A DNA stretch of 64,000 bases from Chlamydiia bacterium (GTDB taxonomy: Bacteria > Chlamydiota > Chlamydiia > Chlamydiales > GCA-2402025). A program made the translations under genes and the position numbers. Positions 1 to 7,504 of this stretch are shown here, in pieces. The stretch's first letter is position 1. Each line of letters begins with the position of its first letter. The stretch is taken from contig JAUICV010000002.1 of NCBI GenBank assembly GCA_030427725.1, forward strand, positions 545,226-609,225, in the 5' to 3' direction. The notes below the pieces were generated by a model. That model was not told the origin of the DNA. It saw only the letters and a program-made list of their open reading frames with translations, and searched no databases.

Positions 1-415
1 CTAAAGATCTTTTTTGGGATAGGGAATTTTGGATGATAAATTGTTTTAGGGAAACTCCCTGGATGAATTCTAAAGCAATATATAGACCACGTTCCCACTT
101 TCCCTGCCCATACAGTTTTATAATATTGGGATGATCAGACATCTGAAGAATTTCAGATTCTTTAAGAAATTGGTCTGTAATAGATTCTAAGGTTTTTGAA
201 TTAATCTTCTCAGAGAAAAAATCGGGAGAGAGCACTTTGACAACAAGAGGAGTTTTTGTTTCCGGATCAATTCCAAGATAAAGAAGAGCCATACTTCCTT
301 TAGAAAGCAAGCTATCAATTTTATAAGGACCAACTTGATTGGGAAGTGGAGGTTCTGCTTTTTCGCTAACTGCGTGTGGCAGGGTCACCTGCGTGTAAAA
401 CTCTTTATCTTCCAT
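1..415 (-). CDS. pkn5: Ser/Thr protein kinase, N-terminal part (3' end runs off the window edge), Pkn5-like position
   Basis: Not in the ORF track because it is open at the window edge. Hand translation from ATG 415..413 gives MEDKEFYTQVTLPHAVSEKAEPPLPNQVGPYKIDSLLSKGSMALLYLGIDPETKTPLVVKVLSPDFF...HPNIIKLYGQGKWERGLYIALEFIQGVSLKQF with no stops. It shows a Gly-loop-like segment, a VxK motif and an HPNI..LYG kinase subdomain pattern. Pkn5 (CT673) follows cdsQ in Chlamydia. Confidence 0.7.
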   Translation of the reverse strand, partial: MEDKEFYTQVTLPHAVSEKAEPPLPNQVGPYKIDSLLSKGSMALLYLGIDPETKTPLVVKVLSPDFFSEKINSKTLESITDQFLKESEILQMSDHPNIIKLYGQGKWERGLYIALEFIQGVSLKQFIIQNSLSQKRSL

Positions 416-424
416 ATATTTTTT

Positions 425-829
425 TTAAGAAACTTCAGTAATTTTAACACCGATAGTGTCACCTATTTGCACAAGCTGACCTTTAGCCACAGGCTTTCCA
501 GAAACAGTCAGTTTAACGAAAGCTTCTTTATTCGGAGAAATTTCTAAAGTATTTCCAGGTTTTAACTTGAGCAAATGTTTTAAAGGCATTTTCAGCCTCG
601 TTGCTTCGACAATAATATCTAAAGGGATGTCAGATGCTTTATTAAGCGTTTCAGATTCATCTTCATCATCTTCAAAATCTAAATCGTCTTCTCCAGATTC
701 ATCTTCTAGATCTTCATCGTCGTCTAATTCTTCATCATCGTCTAATTCTTCATCATCGTCTAATTCTTCATCCTCAAAATCGAAATCTTCATCTTCTTCG
801 AAGTGATCATCATCAGAGTGTTTATCCAT
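425..829 (-). CDS. T3SS cytoplasmic sorting-platform protein, C-terminal SpoA/FliN-like module (SctQ-C) with poly-acidic N-terminal half
   Basis: The ORF track gives 425..865. The tail LKMPLKHLLKLKPGNTLEISPNKEAFVKLTVSGKPVAKGQLVQIGDTIGVKITEV is a FliN/SpoA-type signature. Start placed at ATG 829..827, which has an AGAGGA about 9 nt upstream and overlaps the upstream stop as ATGGATAA. Confidence 0.75.
   Translation of the reverse strand: MDKHSDDDHFEEDEDFDFEDEELDDDEELDDDEELDDDEDLEDESGEDDLDFEDDEDESETLNKASDIPLDIIVEATRLKMPLKHLLKLKPGNTLEISPNKEAFVKLTVSGKPVAKGQLVQIGDTIGVKITEVS
720..773. repeat. Three tandem copies of an 18-nt unit (tcgtctaattcttcatca), coding for DDDEEL-type acidic repeats on the minus strand
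   Basis: Direct reading: units at 720..737 and 738..755 are identical, and 756..773 differs at its last base. In-frame within the SctQ-C gene. Confidence 0.9.
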
Positions 830-1688
830 AATTGGGTTCCTCTTCATAAAGGGCATAGTCAACAATGGTAAGCTGACTATTTTTTTTGTGTGTAATGAGT
901 AAATTGCGTCCTTCTAAACTTATTTGCATGCTACCAGACTCTTTTTCTGGATTAAATGTGCAATTATCTAAGATTAGCAAATCACCAACTTTTAATGAGG
1001 AAAGCTCATTAGATGTTAAAGAGACGTGACCGCACGTAACACTTAAAGAAACATCGGGGTTGATGTCTTTAACAGAATTTAAAGAAGCTGGTTTTGATTC
1101 AAAATGCGCTGAGATAACTTTTTGAAAAGTCGAAGGAAAAATTGCGCGCACTGTGATTGCTTTGCTCGGTAAACCTAATTTGACATCTACGCAGTAAGAA
1201 TCTTCTGAGACAAGTGGTTCGCTTGTCATTTTAACACTTAAATCCTCAAAAGGTTTTAATTCGTTGAGCTCTGATAAAATTTTAAGAGTTAAAAATCTAA
1301 AGAAACCTTGGCGGTAGCTTGGATCATCGAACGTTTTTTTCTCTTCGGCAGTGTCTAAAAGAGGTGATGTTAAAGATTCGATATCATCATCTGCAACAAC
1401 AAGAAAAAAAACAGGATTTAAGGGAGAGAGAGTACAACTAATGATTGTCGGATCTTCACCGAAACCTTTTAGAAAATCACCAAACTGCTTCCAGTCACTT
1501 TTTAAATGTGTGATTGTTAACTCATTTTTTTCTAATGTTTTTTGAACGCTTTTTTCTAAAGATTTCCATGGAAAAGTTGGGGTTTGCCCCCACATGGGGA
1601 TCTGCCCTCGCTCTTTCAGAGCTTCCGTCAGCGTTTCTAAAAAAATGTCCGAACTTTGGGTCATGATCTTGTGTCCTCTTTTGATCAA
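822..1688 (-). CDS. sctQ: T3SS sorting-platform protein SctQ/CdsQ, N-terminal gene of a split pair
   Basis: 288 aa. The C-terminal block VSLTSNELSSLKVGDLLILDNCTF...SMQISLEGRNLLITHK is SpoA-like. It lies downstream of sctN-sctO-sctP, as CT672 does. Confidence 0.7.
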   Translation of the reverse strand: MIKRGHKIMTQSSDIFLETLTEALKERGQIPMWGQTPTFPWKSLEKSVQKTLEKNELTITHLKSDWKQFGDFLKGFGEDPTIISCTLSPLNPVFFLVVADDDIESLTSPLLDTAEEKKTFDDPSYRQGFFRFLTLKILSELNELKPFEDLSVKMTSEPLVSEDSYCVDVKLGLPSKAITVRAIFPSTFQKVISAHFESKPASLNSVKDINPDVSLSVTCGHVSLTSNELSSLKVGDLLILDNCTFNPEKESGSMQISLEGRNLLITHKKNSQLTIVDYALYEEEPNYG

Positions 1689-1707
1689 AATAACCGGCGC
1701 TAAGGAT

Positions 1708-2349
1708 TTAATCCATGATTTTTTCTATGGAATGATTGATTTTTTCTTCTTTGTTTTTTTTCAGAGCTTCGACAGATGTCGTTTGTTTTATTTTAGGGGG
1801 AGCAAAATAGAACTTACACTGAGGAAGAATATGCGTTAGTCTCTCGCTTAGAAATCCTATTTGGTTAGAAAAATTCAACTGCTGTTGAGGAGTAGTGAAA
1901 ATGTCTAAATGAAAGCTATGCGGCGCTGTATCGTAATGACTAATTTCGACTGTTGTCCCATGAAGAGTTGATAACTGATTGTCAATTTCTAAAGTTGTTG
2001 TTGAAATGCCTTTTTTCATTTCATGAGATAGAGTGGTTGAAAGGCGATCTAAGAGCTCAAAGGTGTCAAGGGAGCAGTTAGACGTAGCATCTAATTTGGA
2101 AGTATCTAGTTTAACCTCATGGAGGATCAGATCTTTAGCTAAGATTTGTTCTTTACTAGCTAATAAGGCTGAATCACAGTTTTCAGGGGTGTTTTTGCAA
2201 AGATCGTCAATAGACGGAAGCTTTTTCTTTTTGAGTTTTTGTTTCAACTTATCGATGTAGAAGGGTTTTACTGTTTTTCCAGAGCGTTTTGTTTTATGTT
2301 CTGTTTTATGGGAGGTGTTTTGAGCTGGCGTTATACGATGTGAGGACAT
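1708..2349 (-). CDS. T3S4/FliK-C-like domain protein (second ruler-like gene)
   Basis: 213 aa. The C-terminal part TFELLDRLSTTLSHEMKKGISTTTLEIDNQLSTLHGTTVEISHYDTAPHSFHLDIF...FSNQIGFLSERL aligns by eye with the C-terminal domain of the neighbouring 497-aa protein. Confidence 0.5.
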   Translation of the reverse strand: MSSHRITPAQNTSHKTEHKTKRSGKTVKPFYIDKLKQKLKKKKLPSIDDLCKNTPENCDSALLASKEQILAKDLILHEVKLDTSKLDATSNCSLDTFELLDRLSTTLSHEMKKGISTTTLEIDNQLSTLHGTTVEISHYDTAPHSFHLDIFTTPQQQLNFSNQIGFLSERLTHILPQCKFYFAPPKIKQTTSVEALKKNKEEKINHSIEKIMD

Positions 2350-2369
2350 GGGAAAGGGGCTCTTGTTAG

Positions 2370-3863
2370 TTAATTTTTTTGGCCATGGTCTTTTTTTTGG
2401 GTGACCCTCCCTTTTTTTTCTAAAGCTCTGTGCTTTTCTAAAAGAGAAGGCCTCTTAATGTTAACGTCAAAGCTGTATTTACTAGAAGCAAAAGCTGATG
2501 CTAAATCTGAAATATTTTCATTAAAGAGCTCTACAGCCTTTGGGGAACCTTGCAATTCTAGGTTAAACGATTTGGTTCCGCTATGCTCTAATACAATTTT
2601 AGCACCATCAAAAACAGAGCCTTTCATAGCAACTGTTACAGTAGTTGTGGCAGAGTCTCTATGTTGCTCAACTGTTATCAGACCCACCATTTTTTCAAAA
2701 AGCTCAAAAACTTGTGGGTGAAGTTTTGATGTAGCAGGAGCATTGGATGGGGTAGGCGCTATGTTGGGTTGCGCGCTAATATCTGTTTGAACTTGGAGTT
2801 CTTCGCTAGCTTGTTCTTCTTTTTGATCATCTTTTTCATGATCTTTTTTTGCTTTTGTATCAGTTGTGACAGTTTTGCTAGAAATTCCAGCAACTTCTTT
2901 AGCATTTGGCGGTAGTTTCCCTTTTTCTTCATGGGGTTTCTTCTGATTTGAAGAAACAACTGCGCCTTCAGCTTTAGGAGCCATGGTTTGTTCTTTTTGA
3001 TTGGTTTTAAGGCCTTTTGCTTGTTCTTCTACTTTTGGTTTCTTTTCTTGAGGTTTGGCATTGCCTTCTTCTTTTACAGTTTTAGAGGCCGGATCAAATT
3101 TCAAGTCCTTCATAGGCTTGTTTTTTTTCTTTCTTAAGTATTCATCGAAAGAAGGTTTTTGTTTGTTGATAAGGGAGGTGTCTTTGTGCTTTTTTTTCTT
3201 TTTATGACTTTTTTCAGGACTAGATGCTGAGGGGGCTGTTTTTTCTTCGGGCTTTGTAAGGTTATTTGATGGAGTAGAGGAGTTACTTGATGTGTTGTCA
3301 TTATTAAAGTTTTGAGAGTTAGTTTCAGTGGGCTGAGGTGATTGCTCTTGAGAAGGAGCGGGAATCACCTCTTGAGTTGCAGGAGCTTCTTCTGTAAAAG
3401 AAGGGGTAGGAGTTGGCGTTGCAGCTTGAGTTGTAGGAGCTGTCGGGGTTGATGGCTTACTAGAGCTTGATTCTAATTCCGGCGTTTGAGGAGGCTCTTG
3501 ACTCGTTGCTTTTGAAGAGCTGCTTTCATCAAATTCAATAATTTTTCCAGAAGATGGGGAGGACGACAGTCCCTTGGCATTAGAAGGGGATTGAATAGAA
3601 AGAGCATTTTCTTTTTCATCGCCTTCCATGGTCAGCTTAAAAGCATCTCCAGGAGATATTAGATTGGGGGCGACTTCAAGACCTTCTTCATCTTCGCCCT
3701 CTTCACTTTTCTTAAGATTTCTTTTTTTCCGTTGCTCTGATGCCCCAGATTCATGAACTTTATTCAGTTCTTCTTCGAATCTTTTAGGATCGACAGGTTT
3801 GTCTTTTTCAGACTCTTGAGGTTGTCTATAGCCCTCGATAGGGCGGGATTTCTCTGTTGACAT
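2370..3863 (-). CDS. sctP: T3SS needle-length ruler / substrate-specificity switch protein SctP/CdsP-like
   Basis: 497 aa. It has a long S/T/P/K/E-rich low-complexity centre, then VFELFEKMVGLITVEQHRDSATTTVTVAMKGSVFDGAKIVLEHSGTKSFNLELQGSPKAVELFNENISDL, which has a FliK/YscP T3S4-type pattern. Position matches CT671. Confidence 0.6.
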   Translation of the reverse strand: MSTEKSRPIEGYRQPQESEKDKPVDPKRFEEELNKVHESGASEQRKKRNLKKSEEGEDEEGLEVAPNLISPGDAFKLTMEGDEKENALSIQSPSNAKGLSSSPSSGKIIEFDESSSSKATSQEPPQTPELESSSSKPSTPTAPTTQAATPTPTPSFTEEAPATQEVIPAPSQEQSPQPTETNSQNFNNDNTSSNSSTPSNNLTKPEEKTAPSASSPEKSHKKKKKHKDTSLINKQKPSFDEYLRKKKNKPMKDLKFDPASKTVKEEGNAKPQEKKPKVEEQAKGLKTNQKEQTMAPKAEGAVVSSNQKKPHEEKGKLPPNAKEVAGISSKTVTTDTKAKKDHEKDDQKEEQASEELQVQTDISAQPNIAPTPSNAPATSKLHPQVFELFEKMVGLITVEQHRDSATTTVTVAMKGSVFDGAKIVLEHSGTKSFNLELQGSPKAVELFNENISDLASAFASSKYSFDVNIKRPSLLEKHRALEKKGRVTQKKDHGQKN

Positions 3864-3870
3864 ATAAGTT

Positions 3871-4410
3871 TTATCCCTTTCTTTTTTTTTGCTTTTTTAT
3901 GTACTCCTCGTGAGCTTTTTGTTCTCTTTTTAATGAGGTGTACTTAGCAGTGCCTATTTCATCTTGCTCTATGGCCTCTTTTTGTCTTATTTCATATTTC
4001 GCTTCTTTTTCCCACTCTTTTCGATGGATGTTTAGCTTTTCAACATCTTGTTGTTTCTTCAACATGTTTTGCCTAGATTCCTCAACATGCTTTTTTGCTG
4101 CCTCAACTTTTGGTACTTGAGCTTCGACTTTTCTTTTTTTTCTAACCAAATCCTCTTCCACAGTCTCTAGATATTTTTTTGCGACCTCTATTTTGTCGGA
4201 TGTGGTTCCCTCGTCCATTTCTTCATCGAGCTGTTTAACTTTTTCCATTTTATGGTCTAAGGTTTTTTGAGCTTCATCTTCTAGAGCTTTAAGGGTTTTT
4301 TTTTCATTTTCTAGTAATTCTTTTGCTTCTTTCAGTTTTTTTTCTGCTTCATCAAGACGTTTTTTTTTGATAAGCATTAACTGCTCTAGTGGATATTTTG
4401 GAAGTTTCAT
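3871..4410 (-). CDS. sctO: T3SS stalk protein SctO/CdsO (YscO/FliJ-like coiled coil)
   Basis: 179 aa, highly charged K/E-rich all-helical sequence immediately downstream of sctN, as CT670 is. Confidence 0.65.
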   Translation of the reverse strand: MKLPKYPLEQLMLIKKKRLDEAEKKLKEAKELLENEKKTLKALEDEAQKTLDHKMEKVKQLDEEMDEGTTSDKIEVAKKYLETVEEDLVRKKRKVEAQVPKVEAAKKHVEESRQNMLKKQQDVEKLNIHRKEWEKEAKYEIRQKEAIEQDEIGTAKYTSLKREQKAHEEYIKKQKKRKG

Positions 4411-4428
4411 AAAGATACCTCCCTACAT

Positions 4429-5748
4429 CTAATGGAAAAGGGTCTTAAGATAAGATAAAGTTTCTTCAAACGAGCACTTTTCATCGACTTTTTGTTTGAG
4501 AAAATTATTGACCTTATCAACGTATTTTATTGCAAAGTCAGCATCTTTATCAGATCCTGGTTTATACTCACCGATTCGAATTAGTAGCTCGTTTTTCTTG
4601 TAATTTGCTAAAACTTCGCGGATTTTCCCAACTAAAAGTTTATGTTCCTCATCGATGATTTCATTGATAATACGACTGACAGAACCTAAAATATCAACAG
4701 CTGGGTAATGATACTGTCTGGCAAGCTCAGCTGACAAGATGATGTGACCATCTAAGATAGAGCGAACCTCATCAGAGACCGGCTCATTCATGTCATCACC
4801 AGCAACTAGGACAGTGTAAAAAGCGGTGATGGAACCTTTGGCTGAGTTACCAGATCTTTCTAAGAGTTTTGGCAATGTAGCAAAAACAGAAGGGGTGTAT
4901 CCTGCCCTAGCAGGAGGTTCTCCAGCGGCTAAACCAATTTCACGAAGGGCTCTAGCAAAACGTGTCACTGAGTCCATCATCAAGATGACAGTTTTCCCCT
5001 GGTCTCTAAAATACTCTGCTATAGCGGTTCCAACATATGCTGCATTGAGTCTAAGTTGAGCTGCTTGGTCAGATGTTGATACAATAATCACAGAGCGTTT
5101 CATCCCTTCTTCACCAAGTGAATGCTCTAGAAATTCTCTAACCTCACGGCCCCTTTCTCCAATCAATGTGATCACATTGATATCGGCGCTTGAGTTTCTA
5201 GCCATCATGCCAAGTAAGGTAGACTTACCTCCACCAGCTGCGGCAAAAATACCGACCCTTTGCCCTCTACCACAGGTTAAAACACCATCAATACATCTAA
5301 CTCCAACTGAAAGAGGCTTTGTAATCATTTGCCTTTCTAATGGGTCTGGGGGAGGGTTAATCACTGAATAGGTTTCTTCGAGTTCTAGAGGTCCTTTTTC
5401 TGCTACATCTAAAGGTTCTCCAAGTCCATTAACGACTCGTCCTAAAAGATTTTTGCCAACCTTGATTTGAAGAGGCATTCTCATAGGGATTACTTCAGAA
5501 GAGGGGCCAACACCAGACATTTCACCAAGTGGAGAAAGGTAAACTTCCTCTTTGGTAAAACCAACAACCTCTGCCATTAAAGGGAGGCCCTCACGTTTGA
5601 TCATACAAACTTCACCCATCTTGACTTGGGGAACAACAGCTTTAATGAGCATACCAACGATTTCTGTGATACGGCCATGCACTGTTGTTAGCTCAATGCT
5701 CTCTAACTGAGAGACTAAGTTATCAAAATTAGGTGTTGAATCATCCAT
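4429..5748 (-). CDS. sctN: T3SS ATPase SctN/CdsN
   Basis: 439 aa. Walker A GIFAAAGGGKSTLLGMM, Walker B VILMMDSVTRFA, and FliI/YscN-type F1-ATPase beta-like sequence throughout. Confidence 0.97.
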   Translation of the reverse strand: MDDSTPNFDNLVSQLESIELTTVHGRITEIVGMLIKAVVPQVKMGEVCMIKREGLPLMAEVVGFTKEEVYLSPLGEMSGVGPSSEVIPMRMPLQIKVGKNLLGRVVNGLGEPLDVAEKGPLELEETYSVINPPPDPLERQMITKPLSVGVRCIDGVLTCGRGQRVGIFAAAGGGKSTLLGMMARNSSADINVITLIGERGREVREFLEHSLGEEGMKRSVIIVSTSDQAAQLRLNAAYVGTAIAEYFRDQGKTVILMMDSVTRFARALREIGLAAGEPPARAGYTPSVFATLPKLLERSGNSAKGSITAFYTVLVAGDDMNEPVSDEVRSILDGHIILSAELARQYHYPAVDILGSVSRIINEIIDEEHKLLVGKIREVLANYKKNELLIRIGEYKPGSDKDADFAIKYVDKVNNFLKQKVDEKCSFEETLSYLKTLFH

Positions 5749-5802
5749 ATTACAGCCTTAAAAGGAGATAGCTTCCCTTAAGATCCGTTATACACGAAAA
5801 AG

Positions 5803-6447
5803 CTATATTTGGATATTGAAAAGCATCTTGATATCATCGACAGCTTTACTAAGTAAAATAGAAGAGTATTCTAAAGACTGTTGAGCTTTATTCATTTTAA
5901 CTTGAATCAGTAACATCTGACCAGGTTTTAGCTGATGTCCACTAGCAGAGAGCTCTTTTAGTTTATTCTGAGCTCCAACTAGTTGTTTCTGCCCATCAGA
6001 GATATAAGCTAAGTACTTTTTTATAGGGTTTTGTCTAGCTGTCATAGAAGGGGGGGCTCCTACATCAACGCCAGCTTTTGCTGCAGCTGTTCTTATGTGC
6101 GCATTTGCTTCCGACAGTTTGTTTCGCAGTAGATATTTTTGTGATTGCTTAAGCTTTAAGTTTTTAGTGCTTAGTTGGTTTTGTATATCTCCTAAAACAC
6201 CCGATGTGGCATTCATCTGCCCATGAATTGACTCCATAGTTGGAGCTTGAGTCTGAGTTGGCTTTTGCGCGGCAAGCTCAAAAGGAGAGACTCCTTTACC
6301 TTCTGTAGGCGCTGATTCTTTTGCTGGCTCGTTCATATAGCTTTCAAAAGTTCTATCAGGCGTCTTCCCTGGATCATCTCCTTGTATAGGTTTTACACTC
6401 TCGGAAGGATTAGAGGCTGGGATTTTATCAGGAAACTCGTTGTCCAT
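5803..6447 (-). CDS. T3SS-cluster protein at the CT668 position, function unknown (C-terminus weakly rod/SctI-like)
   Basis: 214 aa. Disordered N-terminus and helical C-terminus GQMLLIQVKMNKAQQSLEYSSILLSKAVDDIKMLFNIQI. Located between sctN and the needle chaperone genes. Confidence 0.5.
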   Translation of the reverse strand: MDNEFPDKIPASNPSESVKPIQGDDPGKTPDRTFESYMNEPAKESAPTEGKGVSPFELAAQKPTQTQAPTMESIHGQMNATSGVLGDIQNQLSTKNLKLKQSQKYLLRNKLSEANAHIRTAAAKAGVDVGAPPSMTARQNPIKKYLAYISDGQKQLVGAQNKLKELSASGHQLKPGQMLLIQVKMNKAQQSLEYSSILLSKAVDDIKMLFNIQI

Positions 6448-6463
6448 AGACTTTCGCTACTCT

Positions 6464-6883
6464 TTAAGGGTTCATAGGAGGGGAGGATTTTTTTACAAAT
6501 TTATCTACAAAATCAAGGGCTGTTTCAGCTAGACCTTTAATTTGGCCATCCTCAGCTTTTGTAGCAGTCTCTGTTAAAATTTTTTCCCCTTCAGAAACTT
6601 GATCTGTTGTGAATGTTAAAGCAAGACCTAGAAAAGTTTTTGCCATATCATTTGTAGGGTCCTTTTCTAAAACTTCTTTAAAGCACTTGCATGATTGCTT
6701 AAGTTCAAGCTTATGAAGGTGTAGATAGCCCCTACCAATTTTTGGTAGGCTGCTTTCCGGATTTAAAAGCGCTGCTGCTTTAAAAAGTTTTAAAGCAGAA
6801 TCTTCATCGGCTTGATTGACTGCAATAAAACCCGCTTCTAAAAGAAGAGTAAAGTGTTCTTTGAACTTTTCTATATCTGACAT
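6464..6883 (-). CDS. cdsG: TPR-like needle-subunit co-chaperone (CdsG/YscG-like)
   Basis: 139 aa with helical TPR-like repeats (ALKLFKAAALLNP..., CKCFKEVLEKDPTN). Adjacent to the needle gene, as CT667 is. Confidence 0.6.
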   Translation of the reverse strand: MSDIEKFKEHFTLLLEAGFIAVNQADEDSALKLFKAAALLNPESSLPKIGRGYLHLHKLELKQSCKCFKEVLEKDPTNDMAKTFLGLALTFTTDQVSEGEKILTETATKAEDGQIKGLAETALDFVDKFVKKSSPPMNP

Positions 6884-6910
6884 AATTTATGGCCCTAAGC
6901 TTGCGAAGGA

Positions 6911-7156
6911 TTAAGATTTTTGGTTTCTAACAGCATTCATGATAACAGAGTTAACCTGTGAGATCATGTTTGAAAGAGATTCACCAATCTGTGTAATCTG
7001 TGACATCCCAAATTGCAGTAATAAGAATTTTCCAGGAGTAGCTCTAGACATGCTAGATGCAATCTGTCGAACCTGGGCAACGATATTACTTTGAAGTTTA
7101 GTGTACGCGCTAATAATGCTAGAAAATGAGATAGATCCCCATCTTAAACTACTCAT
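6911..7156 (-). CDS. sctF: T3SS needle subunit SctF/CdsF
   Basis: 81 aa, helix-turn-helix size class. The C-terminal helix QITQIGESLSNMISQVNSVIMNAVRNQKS is typical of needle subunits. Position matches CT666. Confidence 0.75.
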   Translation of the reverse strand: MSSLRWGSISFSSIISAYTKLQSNIVAQVRQIASSMSRATPGKFLLLQFGMSQITQIGESLSNMISQVNSVIMNAVRNQKS

Positions 7157-7249
7157 ATTTTTCTTCTCCTCTAAATAATAATTGCGTAAAGTGCGCTATT
7201 AAAATAACTCTTTACATAGCATAGTATATCTATGCAAGTAAAAAGTCAT

Positions 7250-7489
7250 TTATGCAGCAATTCTTGACATAACCTTTTGCAAAGCTGCATAACCTCGTAA
7301 AAGAGTTCCAAATTTTTCGAACTCTTTTATGTCAGATGATCCTTCTCGAAGGATTTTTTTTAACTCTGTAATACTTCCATCAACAGCTTGTTGGATTTCT
7401 TTTTTCTTTTTGGAATCAGATTTTAAATCCTTTTCTAAGTCAAATTCGAAAGCATTTTTATTGTTTTTTTCGCCTTCTAAACCAAACAT
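7250..7489 (-). CDS. cdsE: Needle-subunit co-chaperone (CdsE/YscE-like)
   Basis: 79 aa charged helical protein between sctD and sctF, as CT665 is. Confidence 0.55.
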   Translation of the reverse strand: MFGLEGEKNNKNAFEFDLEKDLKSDSKKKKEIQQAVDGSITELKKILREGSSDIKEFEKFGTLLRGYAALQKVMSRIAA

Positions 7490-7504
7490 AACAATCTCCT
7501 TAAA

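Noticed and set aside
720-773. Possible CRISPR-like or minisatellite array
   Set aside because: There are only three 18-nt units with no spacers, and they are in-frame coding repeats. No CRISPR-like repeat-spacer structure was seen anywhere in the window.
567-806. 79-aa Ser-rich ORF on the plus strand
   Set aside because: It is the antisense reading of the GAT/GAA-rich acidic repeat of the SctQ-C gene. Low-complexity mirror ORF with no RBS.
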